DNA of 40,334 nt from Corallochytrium limacisporum Hawaii. Lineage: Eukaryota > Protista > Pluriformea. This document shows positions 20,964 to 31,668 of this stretch, in pieces. The notes beneath the pieces were generated by a model. The model was not told where the DNA came from. It saw nothing but the letters and a program-made list of their open reading frames with translations, and made no database searches. The stretch is taken from positions 1 to 40,334 of the forward strand of contig PDIP01000139.1 of assembly GCA_002811645.1 (NCBI GenBank), given 5' to 3'. The stretch's first letter is position 1; the number at the start of each line of letters is the position of its first letter. Position numbers and translations under genes: made by a program.

Positions 20964-22730
20964 ATGGAAGGTTCTATACTGCGTAGCCTGACTGAAGACC
21001 CAGGGCCATGGGATCCAAAGTTGGCTTTGAGTGCAGCCGAGAGGCGTGAAGCACTTCGTGAAACGCATGGTATATTGGCAGCTTGCTACGACCATGGAGG
21101 ACATATGACCTTTGCGGAAGCTTGCAGACATTTCCTTAGTTTGCGAAGACATGTCGGAAAGCATTTAGTCATGGACAATTCAGACACAGAAACAGACTCT
21201 GATAGTGGGGAAGAGTCCGACCTATTGAGTCCGACTAGTAGTGACGGGCCGGGACATGCTGGGCGGCCAAGACTTCCCGTGGGAACGAGCGAGGGAAGCT
21301 TATTATCTTACAGCCAACAGAGGATTGCAACCGACCCCACTCCACAGTATCGGGTACATTACACCCAGGAGCAGCTGGAATCGCCACAATTAGGATTGAG
21401 CTCAACAGACTGGCGGATCAGAGGACATTTCATTTGGATTGGTTGTGCCACCAAGGCGGTAAAGACGGCGCTAGATCGCCTGCAGAATTACACGGGAAAT
21501 AAGGAGCACATTCACGGAACGGACGGCCTACTTCGAGAGGCACATGCTGCGTTTGTAAGCTTCTTCAGTGCAACTTGGCAATGCACGGCACTGCTGAACA
21601 ATTTTACGTGTCGATACGACCCGAACATTCGGGACCATTGGTTGCGCTATGCAGGTTCGCTTTGGAAGGATCTGGTGCTAAAACCTATGCAACAAGATTT
21701 AAATCGAGCCTTCGTTGAACGCAATATCGAACTTCATGTACCATTGTACTTCGAAAATGGCGGTGGTCAACAGGGCGTATCCTCACTGCAGGGATACATT
21801 ACGCAACAGAGACCCTATAGTCATCTGCGCTACAAACTGCAGAAACAGGACTGGACACTGAAGGATTGGGCCTTCCATAACCTGCAAAAGCATCACGACC
21901 GTGAAGAACTCGTCAGTATGTTCGCTGGGGAAGGACTTAAGCTGAGCCATGGGTGCTGTCTGAAGTGTGGACAATTGTTCCTGGACGTCTGCCTGTACTG
22001 TGACTGGAGAACGCTGCAACAGACTATGCACTTGAATGCCCATTACGACGACCCTAATGTTGTCCTCGGAAGAGGAGGACTGGGTAACGACAATGGTAAC
22101 CGCCATGTGGCCGAGAGCTGGCTCTCTGCCGCTTATCTTGAAGGTAGGGACGTGGAAGAATCGCAAAGCGAAGAGGTAGCAGTGGATGAACCGCATTTGG
22201 AGCTCGCCTGGAATAGTACCACATCCAAGCCAGTGGCGTTCCAACGGCGCATTAAGGATGCAGTCACTTGTTATTTTACCACTGGTGATGACCAGGAAGT
22301 GCCCCTGCGCAAGTGTATTTTGGCTCAGTCGATTACACTCTGCAACCTCGTTCAGCTCTTTCCGAGTGACAGGGGTGCCCACCTTGGCTACATCCCATTC
22401 ACCAAACAGGTCTTGGACGATGCGGCCACTGTCTGTGAAGGATTGGACGACAAATGGAGCATTCAGGGTCTGAGTCTCAGCGAATACCATGATGAGGTGA
22501 TTTGCTTTGATGACATTGTTATGGAATGCAATGCACACATCCGCCTGGCCAAAGAAACTGCCTTCCGGATGCTCAACGAGGACGGTATGACCATGAAGCG
22601 CATCAACAATGTGCGCAGATTAGCGGTCTATCTGGACATGAGTGTAGTGATTGACAGCTGTGAGCGTGCATTCAGTTTTGCGCAGACACGTGAATCCACC
22701 GCAGGAACGGTCAGCAACAGCAGCCGATGA
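20964..22730 (+). CDS. Uncharacterised 588-aa protein with a CxxC-x7-CxxC motif and a C-terminal Skp1/ElonginC-like POZ region
   Basis: Long ATG-initiated ORF of globular composition between AT-richer flanks. Contains CLKCGQLFLDVCLYC; QSITLCNLV and LAVYLDMSVVIDSC resemble Skp1 QSVTIKTML and [15 protein letters not shown]. Confidence 0.8.
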   Translation: MEGSILRSLTEDPGPWDPKLALSAAERREALRETHGILAACYDHGGHMTFAEACRHFLSLRRHVGKHLVMDNSDTETDSDSGEESDLLSPTSSDGPGHAGRPRLPVGTSEGSLLSYSQQRIATDPTPQYRVHYTQEQLESPQLGLSSTDWRIRGHFIWIGCATKAVKTALDRLQNYTGNKEHIHGTDGLLREAHAAFVSFFSATWQCTALLNNFTCRYDPNIRDHWLRYAGSLWKDLVLKPMQQDLNRAFVERNIELHVPLYFENGGGQQGVSSLQGYITQQRPYSHLRYKLQKQDWTLKDWAFHNLQKHHDREELVSMFAGEGLKLSHGCCLKCGQLFLDVCLYCDWRTLQQTMHLNAHYDDPNVVLGRGGLGNDNGNRHVAESWLSAAYLEGRDVEESQSEEVAVDEPHLELAWNSTTSKPVAFQRRIKDAVTCYFTTGDDQEVPLRKCILAQSITLCNLVQLFPSDRGAHLGYIPFTKQVLDDAATVCEGLDDKWSIQGLSLSEYHDEVICFDDIVMECNAHIRLAKETAFRMLNEDGMTMKRINNVRRLAVYLDMSVVIDSCERAFSFAQTRESTAGTVSNSSR

Positions 22731-22822
22731 ATTGAATATAACCATGAGATTTAGAATATGTTTTATGGAGATGTTTTGAATGTCATGGTTTGCATGTGTA
22801 TGGCGGGAGTGGCATGTCCCAC

Positions 22823-23854
22823 TTAATGTCCACCACTGCTGTGGTCGGAGCTGCTGTCCGTCTCGGCGGTCGCAGGCTCGGTTTCGGTCTTCGTCGGCTC
22901 AGTGGGATCGTAGGAATTGAACAACGACGCCAGCCGAGAGCCATTGTCTAGGGTGGACGAGAAGTACAGGGTACGGGAACCTAGATCCTGTACGGGACGG
23001 TAGTTAATGGTGTTGACAGTGCACTCGCTGCTCTCTGCACCGTCTACATCACTGGCACACATGACAGTCAGCGCGGTCAACTGGTCCTGATGCACAACCA
23101 GGGGCTGCTTGAAGACGATCCACAGGACAGACTCGTGGCAGGGAGGCGTAGTCAACGATCCTTCATAGTGATAGAAGGCGGGGTTGGCAGGCACCCAGTC
23201 GTACGGGTTGAAGGCAATAGTGGGCCGAACTGAGGTGTCCGCTTCCCGGAGGTCGGCCCGGCCAACGATCTGCTCAAGGGACTTGTCGTATTGAGTGGGA
23301 TCCTCTTCGAAGAATACACCCAAGACCAACAAGGCGGTTCTGTCCCCGGCTTCAGCACCAGCCACGGCCTCATTGAAGCTATTGTAGTTGTCTCCATTGT
23401 AGTGAACCAAGTGGGTCTCCAGGGGATATGAGGCACCATTCACAGTGTGCTCGGATCCAAGATCATTGTTCGGGTTGCCCCAATGGAGATGAGTTTGGGC
23501 AAAGATATAATTTGTCGTCTCTCCGGATACGTCAGCCTTATTGATGACGTAGTTGGGGACTTGGACGTAGCCGTCAAACTCAACTGCGGTGGCCTGCAGA
23601 GTGTGTCCGTTGTTGGAGAGTTCCCAGACGAGTCCGTTGCCACTGTAGGTGCCCAAGGGCAGAAGCTTGTCCTGCAAAAGTGTATTCTCCAGGGGGCCGG
23701 CCAGGTCAACGGGACTCTGATCTGTGCCACCGCATTCAGCGTAGCCTGTGCTCCATAGGTCCGGAGTCATATTGCAGTTTTCATAGCACCAATCCGCAGC
23801 AAAGGTATGGGTTGCTACCAGAGCAACCCCGCTCCAAAGGTTGTAAGTCTTCAT
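22823..23854 (-). CDS. Secreted alpha-carbonic anhydrase
   Basis: QSPVDL, NNGHT, Zn ligands in QTHLHWG and ETHLVH, GSEH, YEGSLTTPPC.E.V.W and NYRPVQ. Signal-peptide-like start MKTYNLWSGVALVATHTFA at 23854; an alternative in-frame ATG is at 23890. Confidence 0.95.
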   Translation of the reverse strand: MKTYNLWSGVALVATHTFAADWCYENCNMTPDLWSTGYAECGGTDQSPVDLAGPLENTLLQDKLLPLGTYSGNGLVWELSNNGHTLQATAVEFDGYVQVPNYVINKADVSGETTNYIFAQTHLHWGNPNNDLGSEHTVNGASYPLETHLVHYNGDNYNSFNEAVAGAEAGDRTALLVLGVFFEEDPTQYDKSLEQIVGRADLREADTSVRPTIAFNPYDWVPANPAFYHYEGSLTTPPCHESVLWIVFKQPLVVHQDQLTALTVMCASDVDGAESSECTVNTINYRPVQDLGSRTLYFSSTLDNGSRLASLFNSYDPTEPTKTETEPATAETDSSSDHSSGGH

Positions 23855-23937
23855 TGCGACTTTCTTTTGACGTCGAAAGTTTAATGTCATGAACGCCCGA
23901 TCAAGTTCACGCGGATGTACTTCTGCAGATTGCCTTC

Positions 23938-23945
23938 TTTATATA
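23938..23945 (-). promoter_or_regulatory. Candidate TATA box of the carbonic anhydrase gene
   Basis: TATATAAA on the - strand, ~84 nt upstream of ATG 23854. Confidence 0.4.
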
Positions 23946-26146
23946 CGTTCGAATTGCCTCATCATTGTAGTATCTCATCCATGTGGTACAATATCCAAAG
24001 ACCTGTCCAGCGATACTTGTGACAATGTGGACTTCCCAGGAGTACACCGTCTATCCTCCAAATCTAGTCCAGATGGGATACAGTCCTCTGTGATTAAAAT
24101 GCACCATAACCGAAATCCGTTCGAAACCCTAGGGAACTGGTACAAGGGATTGGGGGACCCACCCACCCAACCGACCCACCCTGAGTGGCTACCAAGGGCC
24201 GTCCGAACGTACGGGTACCGCAAAGTGACATCTATCGCGTATTTCTAACTCATTTGGGAAGGGGGGGAAGTCTCACGGGCTACTTTCTTCTACTCACACG
24301 GTGATATGCGTTGGGCATATAATTACTACGTGGTGCCAACAACGCACCACTACCAAATACTTTTACCGCAGCTCTACCTCTGTCCCAGACCGCACACGTA
24401 GAGAAAAAGAATTGAAAGGAGAGTGTGTGGGGGGGGGGGTGTACCTGGAGCGGGCCCACGGCGATGGGTGGAAGGGAGGGAGGGGAGGGAGGGTGGAGGT
24501 TGATGACACACGCCCCTGGTGATGAGGCGTACAGGTCAGAGCACCGGGTTCACGTGTCTCCATAAAGGACCCTTCAGTAGTACTCATGAAGGGACTGATG
24601 GTCCATGACTGTGTTTCTCTTGTTCTTCACGCCCTCGTAGTGTTGGGTGGCAACATGGACCGTCTGTTCTCTTCATTTGCCCCGTTCTCGTTTTCTCCTT
24701 GTTCCGCACCACCGTTCTCTTTCATCACTTGGTACCTTCCTGTTCATGCCCCTGTCCCCACTTGGAAAGGCCGCTGTTCACCACTAGTACCCCCTAATCT
24801 TCTTCTCCCCGGTCCACCACTTGTCCTCCTGTGCTCTTCTCGGCATTTTCTCCCGTTTAAGTCATTGCGGGGGACAAACTTATCGCAGATTTTACGTGCC
24901 CACTTCGTAAGGCATTTTCCCGCTCCTCGGGAGACTGGCCCCAAAAGGGGCACCGGCAACACAGGTGTGCGATTGTTGGTAGGGTGCAGTGCCCCGTCGC
25001 GCCGTATAGAAAATGACCCGCCTGCCGGGGTGTCGACACTGGTCCCCGGGTTGAAGATATACAGTGAGGATTGCAGCACCCTGCTACACGAATGAGGATG
25101 GTCTCCCGTGGTGCCATGGGTGCGGCGACAAATTGAGTGGCCGAGCGAGAGTACGTGAAAGTGAGAAGATTCGGGGACGTCCAACGAATAGGCTGAGAGT
25201 GAACACTAGCTTCCGGTGCCTTGTGCGGCGGGTGGCGTGTGCTTCTTCTGGTCTGATCTTGGTCGGGTTACATGGGATGCGTAAGACATGCTGATAGGAG
25301 ACGTATGGTCATGCCGTCTGATGTTTTGGAAGCTTGGTGTTTTAGTCGCCGCTTCTGCTCTGTCTGTACGGTAGCACACAGTATAAGGAAAGGAAGAAGA
25401 TGGAAGCAAGTGATGTGGCCTACGGCCTGTGGAACACAAAGACTGTAGCCCCAGCGATGTCCAACGGTTTAGAAGGAAACGACCAAGCTCGAACAGAGGC
25501 AAAGATGGGGCTGCAGCACTTGTTCGCCAGGCACACAGAAGAACTCGAAACGCAGCGACCGCTTAAGCGAGTACGTGCCCATTTGTGAATCCAAAAACAA
25601 AAAAACAATCAAATTAATCCAAATTTCGTGTGCGTTTTGATAAGGCTGAGAAAGATCACCAAAGAAAGAAAGACTTGATTGGAACCTATGAAGGTCTAGG
25701 ATTATGCATGTTTACAAAAAGAATGGAGTAATCATCGATCTGCGTGCCTCAGTACTCAGTGTATGTCCGAACGGGTACCGATCGTACGCACTGGTGAGGA
25801 AGGGACTGCCCCCCGTCACCATCTTGCCTTGTTGCTCCACTGAGGAATGTTTAGGACGAGGGTCTACCTGCCAGAAACAGCCAGTGGAAATTTGATGAGC
25901 GGCAGGAAAGAGTGATCAAAGAGAGGGACCATCTTATGATACCTTGGTGTGTTCAATTCCGTGTGTATCGGCATGCAAGTCCACACGTATGCCGTCACCT
26001 ACGGACCATTGTCACTTCTGTTGTTACCATAATCAGTCAATAATAGGTATATCAAGAAGTTTCCCAGAGAGGTGTCTTTTCGCGGACCTGGCACGACGAG
26101 GACAATGTCATAGCCATTCAGATCCAAGTAAAGCGGAAGGCAGACA

Positions 26147-27115
26147 ATGAAAGTGACCCAACGGCTCGCCACTCTAAGCAGGCAACTGCGCCCCACTGCT
26201 ATCCCCGCAGTGGCTAGTCGGTTTGAAAACCTCCGCGACTGGCCGTACAAACCGAACTTCCTTAACTACGCTGGCTTTAACATGCACTATGTCGACTCAG
26301 CCCCTGCCGGATCTGAACGAGGAATCATCCTTTGCACCCACGGAGAGCCTACTTGGTCTTATCTGTACCGCCACATGATTCGGGATTTGAACAAGCGCAA
26401 CTTCAGGGTTGTTACGCCGGATTTCATTGGCATGGGTCGCTCAGACAAACCTACTAACGACCTAAACTGCACCATCGATTTCCATATTAATTCACTGATC
26501 CATCTAATCACTGAGCTGGACTTGAAGGAAATCAACTTTGTGTGCCAGGACTGGGGCGGCATAATTGGTCTTTCCGCTGTTCCTTTTATTTGGGATCGAT
26601 TCAAATCGCTCACGATAATGAACACGTCCCTCATGCCCAATGACGTATATCACGATAAGGGCGATCCGGAGGTGATGAAGGGCTTCCTAGGATGGAAACA
26701 GTACGCTGGAGCCAAAGGTCAGAATATGCCAGTCGGGAAGGTTGTGAATAGTGGTTGTGCCACAGAACTGACTGCAGAGGAGATCGATGCCTACGATGCT
26801 CCATTCGTTGACGCCAGCCACAAAATCCAGGTTGACCGCTTTCCGAAGATGGTACCTATCTCGAAGGACTACCCGGCAGCCAAATTTACTACGAATGCTT
26901 ATGAGTTCTTCAAAACCCCTGAGGGCCAGAGTCTGGATGTTCTGATTCAGTTCTCTGATGACGACCGGATCCTGGGTGCTTTCCAGCCCCTCTTCGTCAA
27001 GCTGTTCCCCAATGCCACTGTGCGTAAGGTTCCCGGCAGCCATTTTCTGCAGGAGGACTCCCCCGAACTGATATGCCAGAATATGGACGAATTCCTGACC
27101 TCCAAGGGCCTATAA
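26147..27115 (+). CDS. Haloalkane dehalogenase (alpha/beta hydrolase, HLD-I/DhlA-DhmA-like)
   Basis: HGEPTWSYLYR, PDFIGMGRSDKP, nucleophile elbow CQDWGG, GFLGWK (second halide Trp), FSDDDRILG (catalytic acid) and SHFLQED (catalytic His). Confidence 0.93.
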   Translation: MKVTQRLATLSRQLRPTAIPAVASRFENLRDWPYKPNFLNYAGFNMHYVDSAPAGSERGIILCTHGEPTWSYLYRHMIRDLNKRNFRVVTPDFIGMGRSDKPTNDLNCTIDFHINSLIHLITELDLKEINFVCQDWGGIIGLSAVPFIWDRFKSLTIMNTSLMPNDVYHDKGDPEVMKGFLGWKQYAGAKGQNMPVGKVVNSGCATELTAEEIDAYDAPFVDASHKIQVDRFPKMVPISKDYPAAKFTTNAYEFFKTPEGQSLDVLIQFSDDDRILGAFQPLFVKLFPNATVRKVPGSHFLQEDSPELICQNMDEFLTSKGL

Positions 27116-29428
27116 GGCGGACCCACCTTCTGGGCAGATGGTCCAAAACTCTCATCCCCACAACAAGGCCCCTAAACACCAATCACGCGATTATGAAAGA
27201 GCAGTATATACTAAATAGAAGAGGCCTTATACTTAATATATATAGACTGCACACGGACGACGATGGTTTTAAATATACATAATAAATATACGAAATAAGT
27301 ATATGAAATAGGTTTTGCCAATTTCCGCTCCAAAGCCCACCCACCAGCCCTCATCGGAACCATACCCTGCCGAAACGACCTCTGATTGGCCAAGTTTTAC
27401 GACTTTATACTTCCACAATTGGCAATGTACTAAACACCTGCCCAATATAGTTGTACACTCTGCCATTAGGTTTTTGTGCCGGAGAGGTCGGGTAGGTGAG
27501 CAGAGCGGGGAGTTTCCGCACTAATCCGATGTAGAAAGTATGACCGTGGGGTGCGTAGGCCGGCATCAAGCGCGCTCAGGTGATTACTTGTCCTCGTGGT
27601 GTTGTTGTCGATGTCCGATGGATGATCAAAGAATCGTGTGTTTCACGCAGCCGTTGTGGCTTCCATGTGGAAAGAAAGGGATGTTTCGAGAGCTCATTGG
27701 GCCGCTGCGGTTGTTGAGTTACGTCGCGTTTTGGCGGGAATGGTTGCCAATCTTGTGGGCGTACAGTCTGTCCAGCGAATGAATGTATTTTTAATGTTGA
27801 TGGCTCCTTAATCACCCTTGGGAACGGATGTCACCCTATTGTCACCCAGTCGATACAGACTCGGCCATTTGTGAAGACTCGCGGACGCGGTCACTTGGTT
27901 GTCAAATTGCGTAGCAAATCTGTAGTACCATTACCATGAATCAACTCACCATGGCCTTTAGCATGAGGACTCCCGGATAGGTTGATCCTGCTAATGTGTG
28001 AGCTTCTAATGCGAGCATTGCTCAGGAGGCTCTTGTCTTGGGGCAGTCGCGCAGGCTGCTATGAGACTTTTGTGCCGTTCTCTAGTGTTTGGTGTTTGCG
28101 CAGCTGTCGGTGAATTCCATAGAGAGTGCATTCGTGTCGTCCCTTGACGCCTCATAGTTCATATGAACTGTCGTCCTCATTCAACCAAAAGGCCAGTTTG
28201 CAAGGATATGCATTCGATGGTCGGTCCCACCAAAATACAGCAAGCACCGCAATGGCGTCATTGCGAGGGTGGCCGAAAGAACTCAAAGGAGCCCGTACTC
28301 TATGTATGGAATTACCTTGGGTACACTTGGGCCTCCGCGATACAGCCACACACCACTGGAACTTCCGGTGGACCAGTTGGTTTGGTACTGTATCTCAGGG
28401 GGGGCGAGTAGAGCGGGTGGGGGAGGGAGTGCGGGTGTCGAAGAGAGTCCCTAAGAAGAATCGCGCGTTGAACACAGCCTGACAGTGCCTTTGGAGTGAG
28501 GGATGGGTGGTCATTTAGTATGGACTGCCCCATCGCCGGTGAGGGGAGGAGCGAAGTGGCATATCTGAGTCTTAATTGTGGCTTTCCGGGCAAAAAGAAA
28601 ATTGGGGCACCCCCCCCCAGTGCCCCGGAGGCGGGTTGGGGACGGCCAAGTGGGCTCAAAAATAGCCATGGGAAATCCTCTGCCTGTTCATTGGTATAAT
28701 AAATCCCCTACCCTGGGACATAGGAAGGAGGGAGTGAGGTGTTTAGGGTCCCCAGGGGGAGGGTGGGGTGGGGATTTACAACAAACCCGTCCCACTGCTG
28801 CTTCAAACTCTTCAGTGCTACAATAATTTTGAAGCATCACGCACAGAACGAAGAACAAGGCAACGTGTCCAAACCAGTACAAGTATCTGCCCGAGTGCAT
28901 AGTATTCCACTGTCGAAAATTTAATTGTGAATGGTCCCCTACAGAACACAACGTTTTCTGCTAAGGGATGGTTGCGGGAGGGTGCGGGAAGAGGGGGCCA
29001 AAGTGAGTTATCGAGTGATAACTCTGTGTGATGTAACGCAGAGACGAGGCGACCACGGGAAGAGACAAAATGGTCGGCACGGGAAATGATAACGTAGTAG
29101 GATAGACTCACCCTCTTGTGCCCATTTCAAGTCTTGGGGACTAAGCTCCATGACTATGACAGCCGAATGCTTGGTTCGAAACCACGCGAACTCCAGGCAA
29201 TGGATTCCGCAGTCAAACTTATTGTCGTGGAACGGTCGGGAATCTGGTTGGCGTGTTGCTTTATAGCAGTGTCGATGTAAACCTATCCCGGTGATCTACC
29301 ATAGCATGAAAATTTAAAGCTACCTGAATCCTGTATTCTCTTGATCAGAATAGAATAGTGTAGCTCTATTCCGTACTTCAGATAGTTTTTGCTTTGTCGG
29401 GTCTACGGACAAAGTACCACAGCACAGG

Positions 29429-31051
29429 ATGGAATCGTTATCAATCAAGAATTGGCTCACGTATGCGGGTTACCTGCAGATCCCTCTGCTGGTAGCCCTG
29501 GCTCTTGCCACGGACCAGAGCACTGTAGCAAACGCGCTGACCAGTGGTCTACTGTACGTAATCGTGTGGACGGCCCGTTGTACAATGAGCGGCACCGTGC
29601 CAGCATACACTGCCCCTCGCTTCCGCGAAGGCGCAGTCCAAAAGGAAAAGCGCCCTCTCCGTGTGGCCTTCTTCCTAACCCTGAACGGCCGAGGTCATTT
29701 CAGCCAGGCCAAGGCTGTCTTTGATCATTTACCTCAGTATCTGGGAAACATAAAGAAGCGTCTGCAGTTGCAACACTTTGACTCTGAAAATATTGAGCTG
29801 GTCTGCATTGCTGTAGACAACATGGGGTTGTTGCACAACAAGGATATGTTGTCCAACACATTTACCAATGTCCCTATCGAGGATTGCAAGATGGACGTCT
29901 ACCTTCAGTTCAGCGCCCAGGACGGTGTGAGCTATATCCAGACCTTCATGGTCGGTCTGAGCCGTCTGCCTCACACTGGTGGGTTCGTTGATCAGGTCAT
30001 CGGCATCATGCACAAGCACCAGCCTGACGTTATCTTGAACTTCTATAACACTGCTCTGTGGCCCAGTGTCCGCGCATCTCGCTCCAAGGTGCCCATCATC
30101 ACCATGTCGACACAGCTGTGGAAGTATCTGTACCTGAAGATGGACTTTACTGAGGATCTCTTTATGAGTGGTCTGCAGAAAATGAATTGGGGAAACCGCT
30201 TGTTGCCCATTGGTCTTCAGAGCGCCAACAGCACGAACCATGGTGGTCAAACCCCATCTGCCTTTGGACACCAAGTTCGCGGTGGCAGCGATGCCGAGGT
30301 CTGTGCAATTATTGGACCTTTGATCCGTCTGCCGGCTTTTGATGCCCGTCCTCGCGAACAGAAGCTCCTAGCTGACACCAAAACTGAGGACCTGGAGCTA
30401 AACGTACTCATATATGTCGTATTTGAGGATCTCCTGTATGAGATTATTCACCAGCTCAGCGTCTTGGACCAGGACTCTTTCCTCAAGCGTCCTCGTCTCA
30501 ACTGCGTGTTTTACGTCAACGGTGATCTAAGTAAGTGGAGCGGAGTATGGGAGCAAAAGGCGGCTGCGAACGCTTCAAAATCCGTGGTCGACAATGTCAA
30601 CTTTAAGGGATTGTCCTACGACGGCTACCGAAAGGATCTGCTCAACTCTGACGTTGTTCTCATGAGCGCTGGTTTCCATGGTCCTTGCGAGGTCCTAAGC
30701 CTGCACCGCCATCTGTTCCTGTACTGTCCCGTTGGGCACATGGAACAGAAATTGAACAGCCATATGATCAGCGGTGCCGCTGGCGGTAACCAGCCTCACT
30801 CTGTTAAGCAGACCAAGCCTGTCTTTGGAGCCCAAAGCAACGACTACATCAAGGACCTCAGCGTCTTTCTACAAAAGGTCGTCGAGCAAGAACTGCACCT
30901 CGAGACTGCCTACCGTGAGACCAAGAACGAAACCCATGAGACGCCTATGCTTAAGTATCCCGGCATTGATTTGGACCGCAACCGTGTCGAACGTGACCTA
31001 TCCATCATTTGGCGTGAGGCTGCTACAGCTGGAGACCAATACCGTTTCTAA
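29429..31051 (+). CDS. GT-B glycosyltransferase, MJ1255/VC2487-like, with N-terminal hydrophobic segments
   Basis: NGRGHFSQA, QPDVILNFY, SAGFHGPCEVL and CPVGHMEQKLN match the G.GH / PD.II.D / AGF...E / P...EQ..N pattern. Two hydrophobic stretches lie in the first 50 aa, and codon usage is strongly coding-like. Confidence 0.82.
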   Translation: MESLSIKNWLTYAGYLQIPLLVALALATDQSTVANALTSGLLYVIVWTARCTMSGTVPAYTAPRFREGAVQKEKRPLRVAFFLTLNGRGHFSQAKAVFDHLPQYLGNIKKRLQLQHFDSENIELVCIAVDNMGLLHNKDMLSNTFTNVPIEDCKMDVYLQFSAQDGVSYIQTFMVGLSRLPHTGGFVDQVIGIMHKHQPDVILNFYNTALWPSVRASRSKVPIITMSTQLWKYLYLKMDFTEDLFMSGLQKMNWGNRLLPIGLQSANSTNHGGQTPSAFGHQVRGGSDAEVCAIIGPLIRLPAFDARPREQKLLADTKTEDLELNVLIYVVFEDLLYEIIHQLSVLDQDSFLKRPRLNCVFYVNGDLSKWSGVWEQKAAANASKSVVDNVNFKGLSYDGYRKDLLNSDVVLMSAGFHGPCEVLSLHRHLFLYCPVGHMEQKLNSHMISGAAGGNQPHSVKQTKPVFGAQSNDYIKDLSVFLQKVVEQELHLETAYRETKNETHETPMLKYPGIDLDRNRVERDLSIIWREAATAGDQYRF

Positions 31052-31668
31052 AGAACCACATCACTTACTCATCGAAACACAGAATGGAAGAACCAGGAAA
31101 AGACTACGCATCGTCTACCCACAAAGACAAGGTTCTAAGGTGCACTGACATACACAGAAGCAAAAACCATTGGCATAAACACAATTTGGCATACATTCAT
31201 TAAGGAGAGAATGCCTTCGTCTGTTATAGTGGGATCTGCAATGATGCTCTGCTTCCCTTTAGCATGTTCAGTACAATGGACACGACAAGGCAACACAATG
31301 GAAACAGTTTTCGGGAGACAATTCAATTTTGAAATTGATGGCATGCCAGCATGCCATTATATGGTACGGTCGCGAGTAAGAGTGAGGCAGGGCATGTACA
31401 ATGGGCCCCGCTGCACTCTCGGGTCTCGCTGACCAGAGGATTGCAGTAGTCTACTTTTATTTTTCAGATGGGATTGGATCTTGGTTGCTTTGTGGCGAAC
31501 AAAACATAAAAAGGAGTCATTTGTAACCTAAGAACCCTATGCTGTCGTTCCCGGGATTGCGGCCCTTCAGGCACTCATTTTCCCCCCATTTACGTTGCGT
31601 TCAGCCCGTTTGTGTTCCTTGGTCCTAACTAGTTGGAGGAGCAAGCTGTGTAGATAGTTTTTCATAGT

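Noticed and set aside
25321-25399. Signal-peptide-like MFWKLGVLVAASALS joinable in frame to the 25400 ORF via a 16-nt GT-AG intron
   Set aside because: The intron is implausibly short and there is no other evidence of tiny introns in the window; likely chance.
29173-29183. B-box-like GGTTCGAAACC suggesting a tRNA
   Set aside because: The T-stem is imperfect, and no A box, acceptor stem or anticodon arm could be built.
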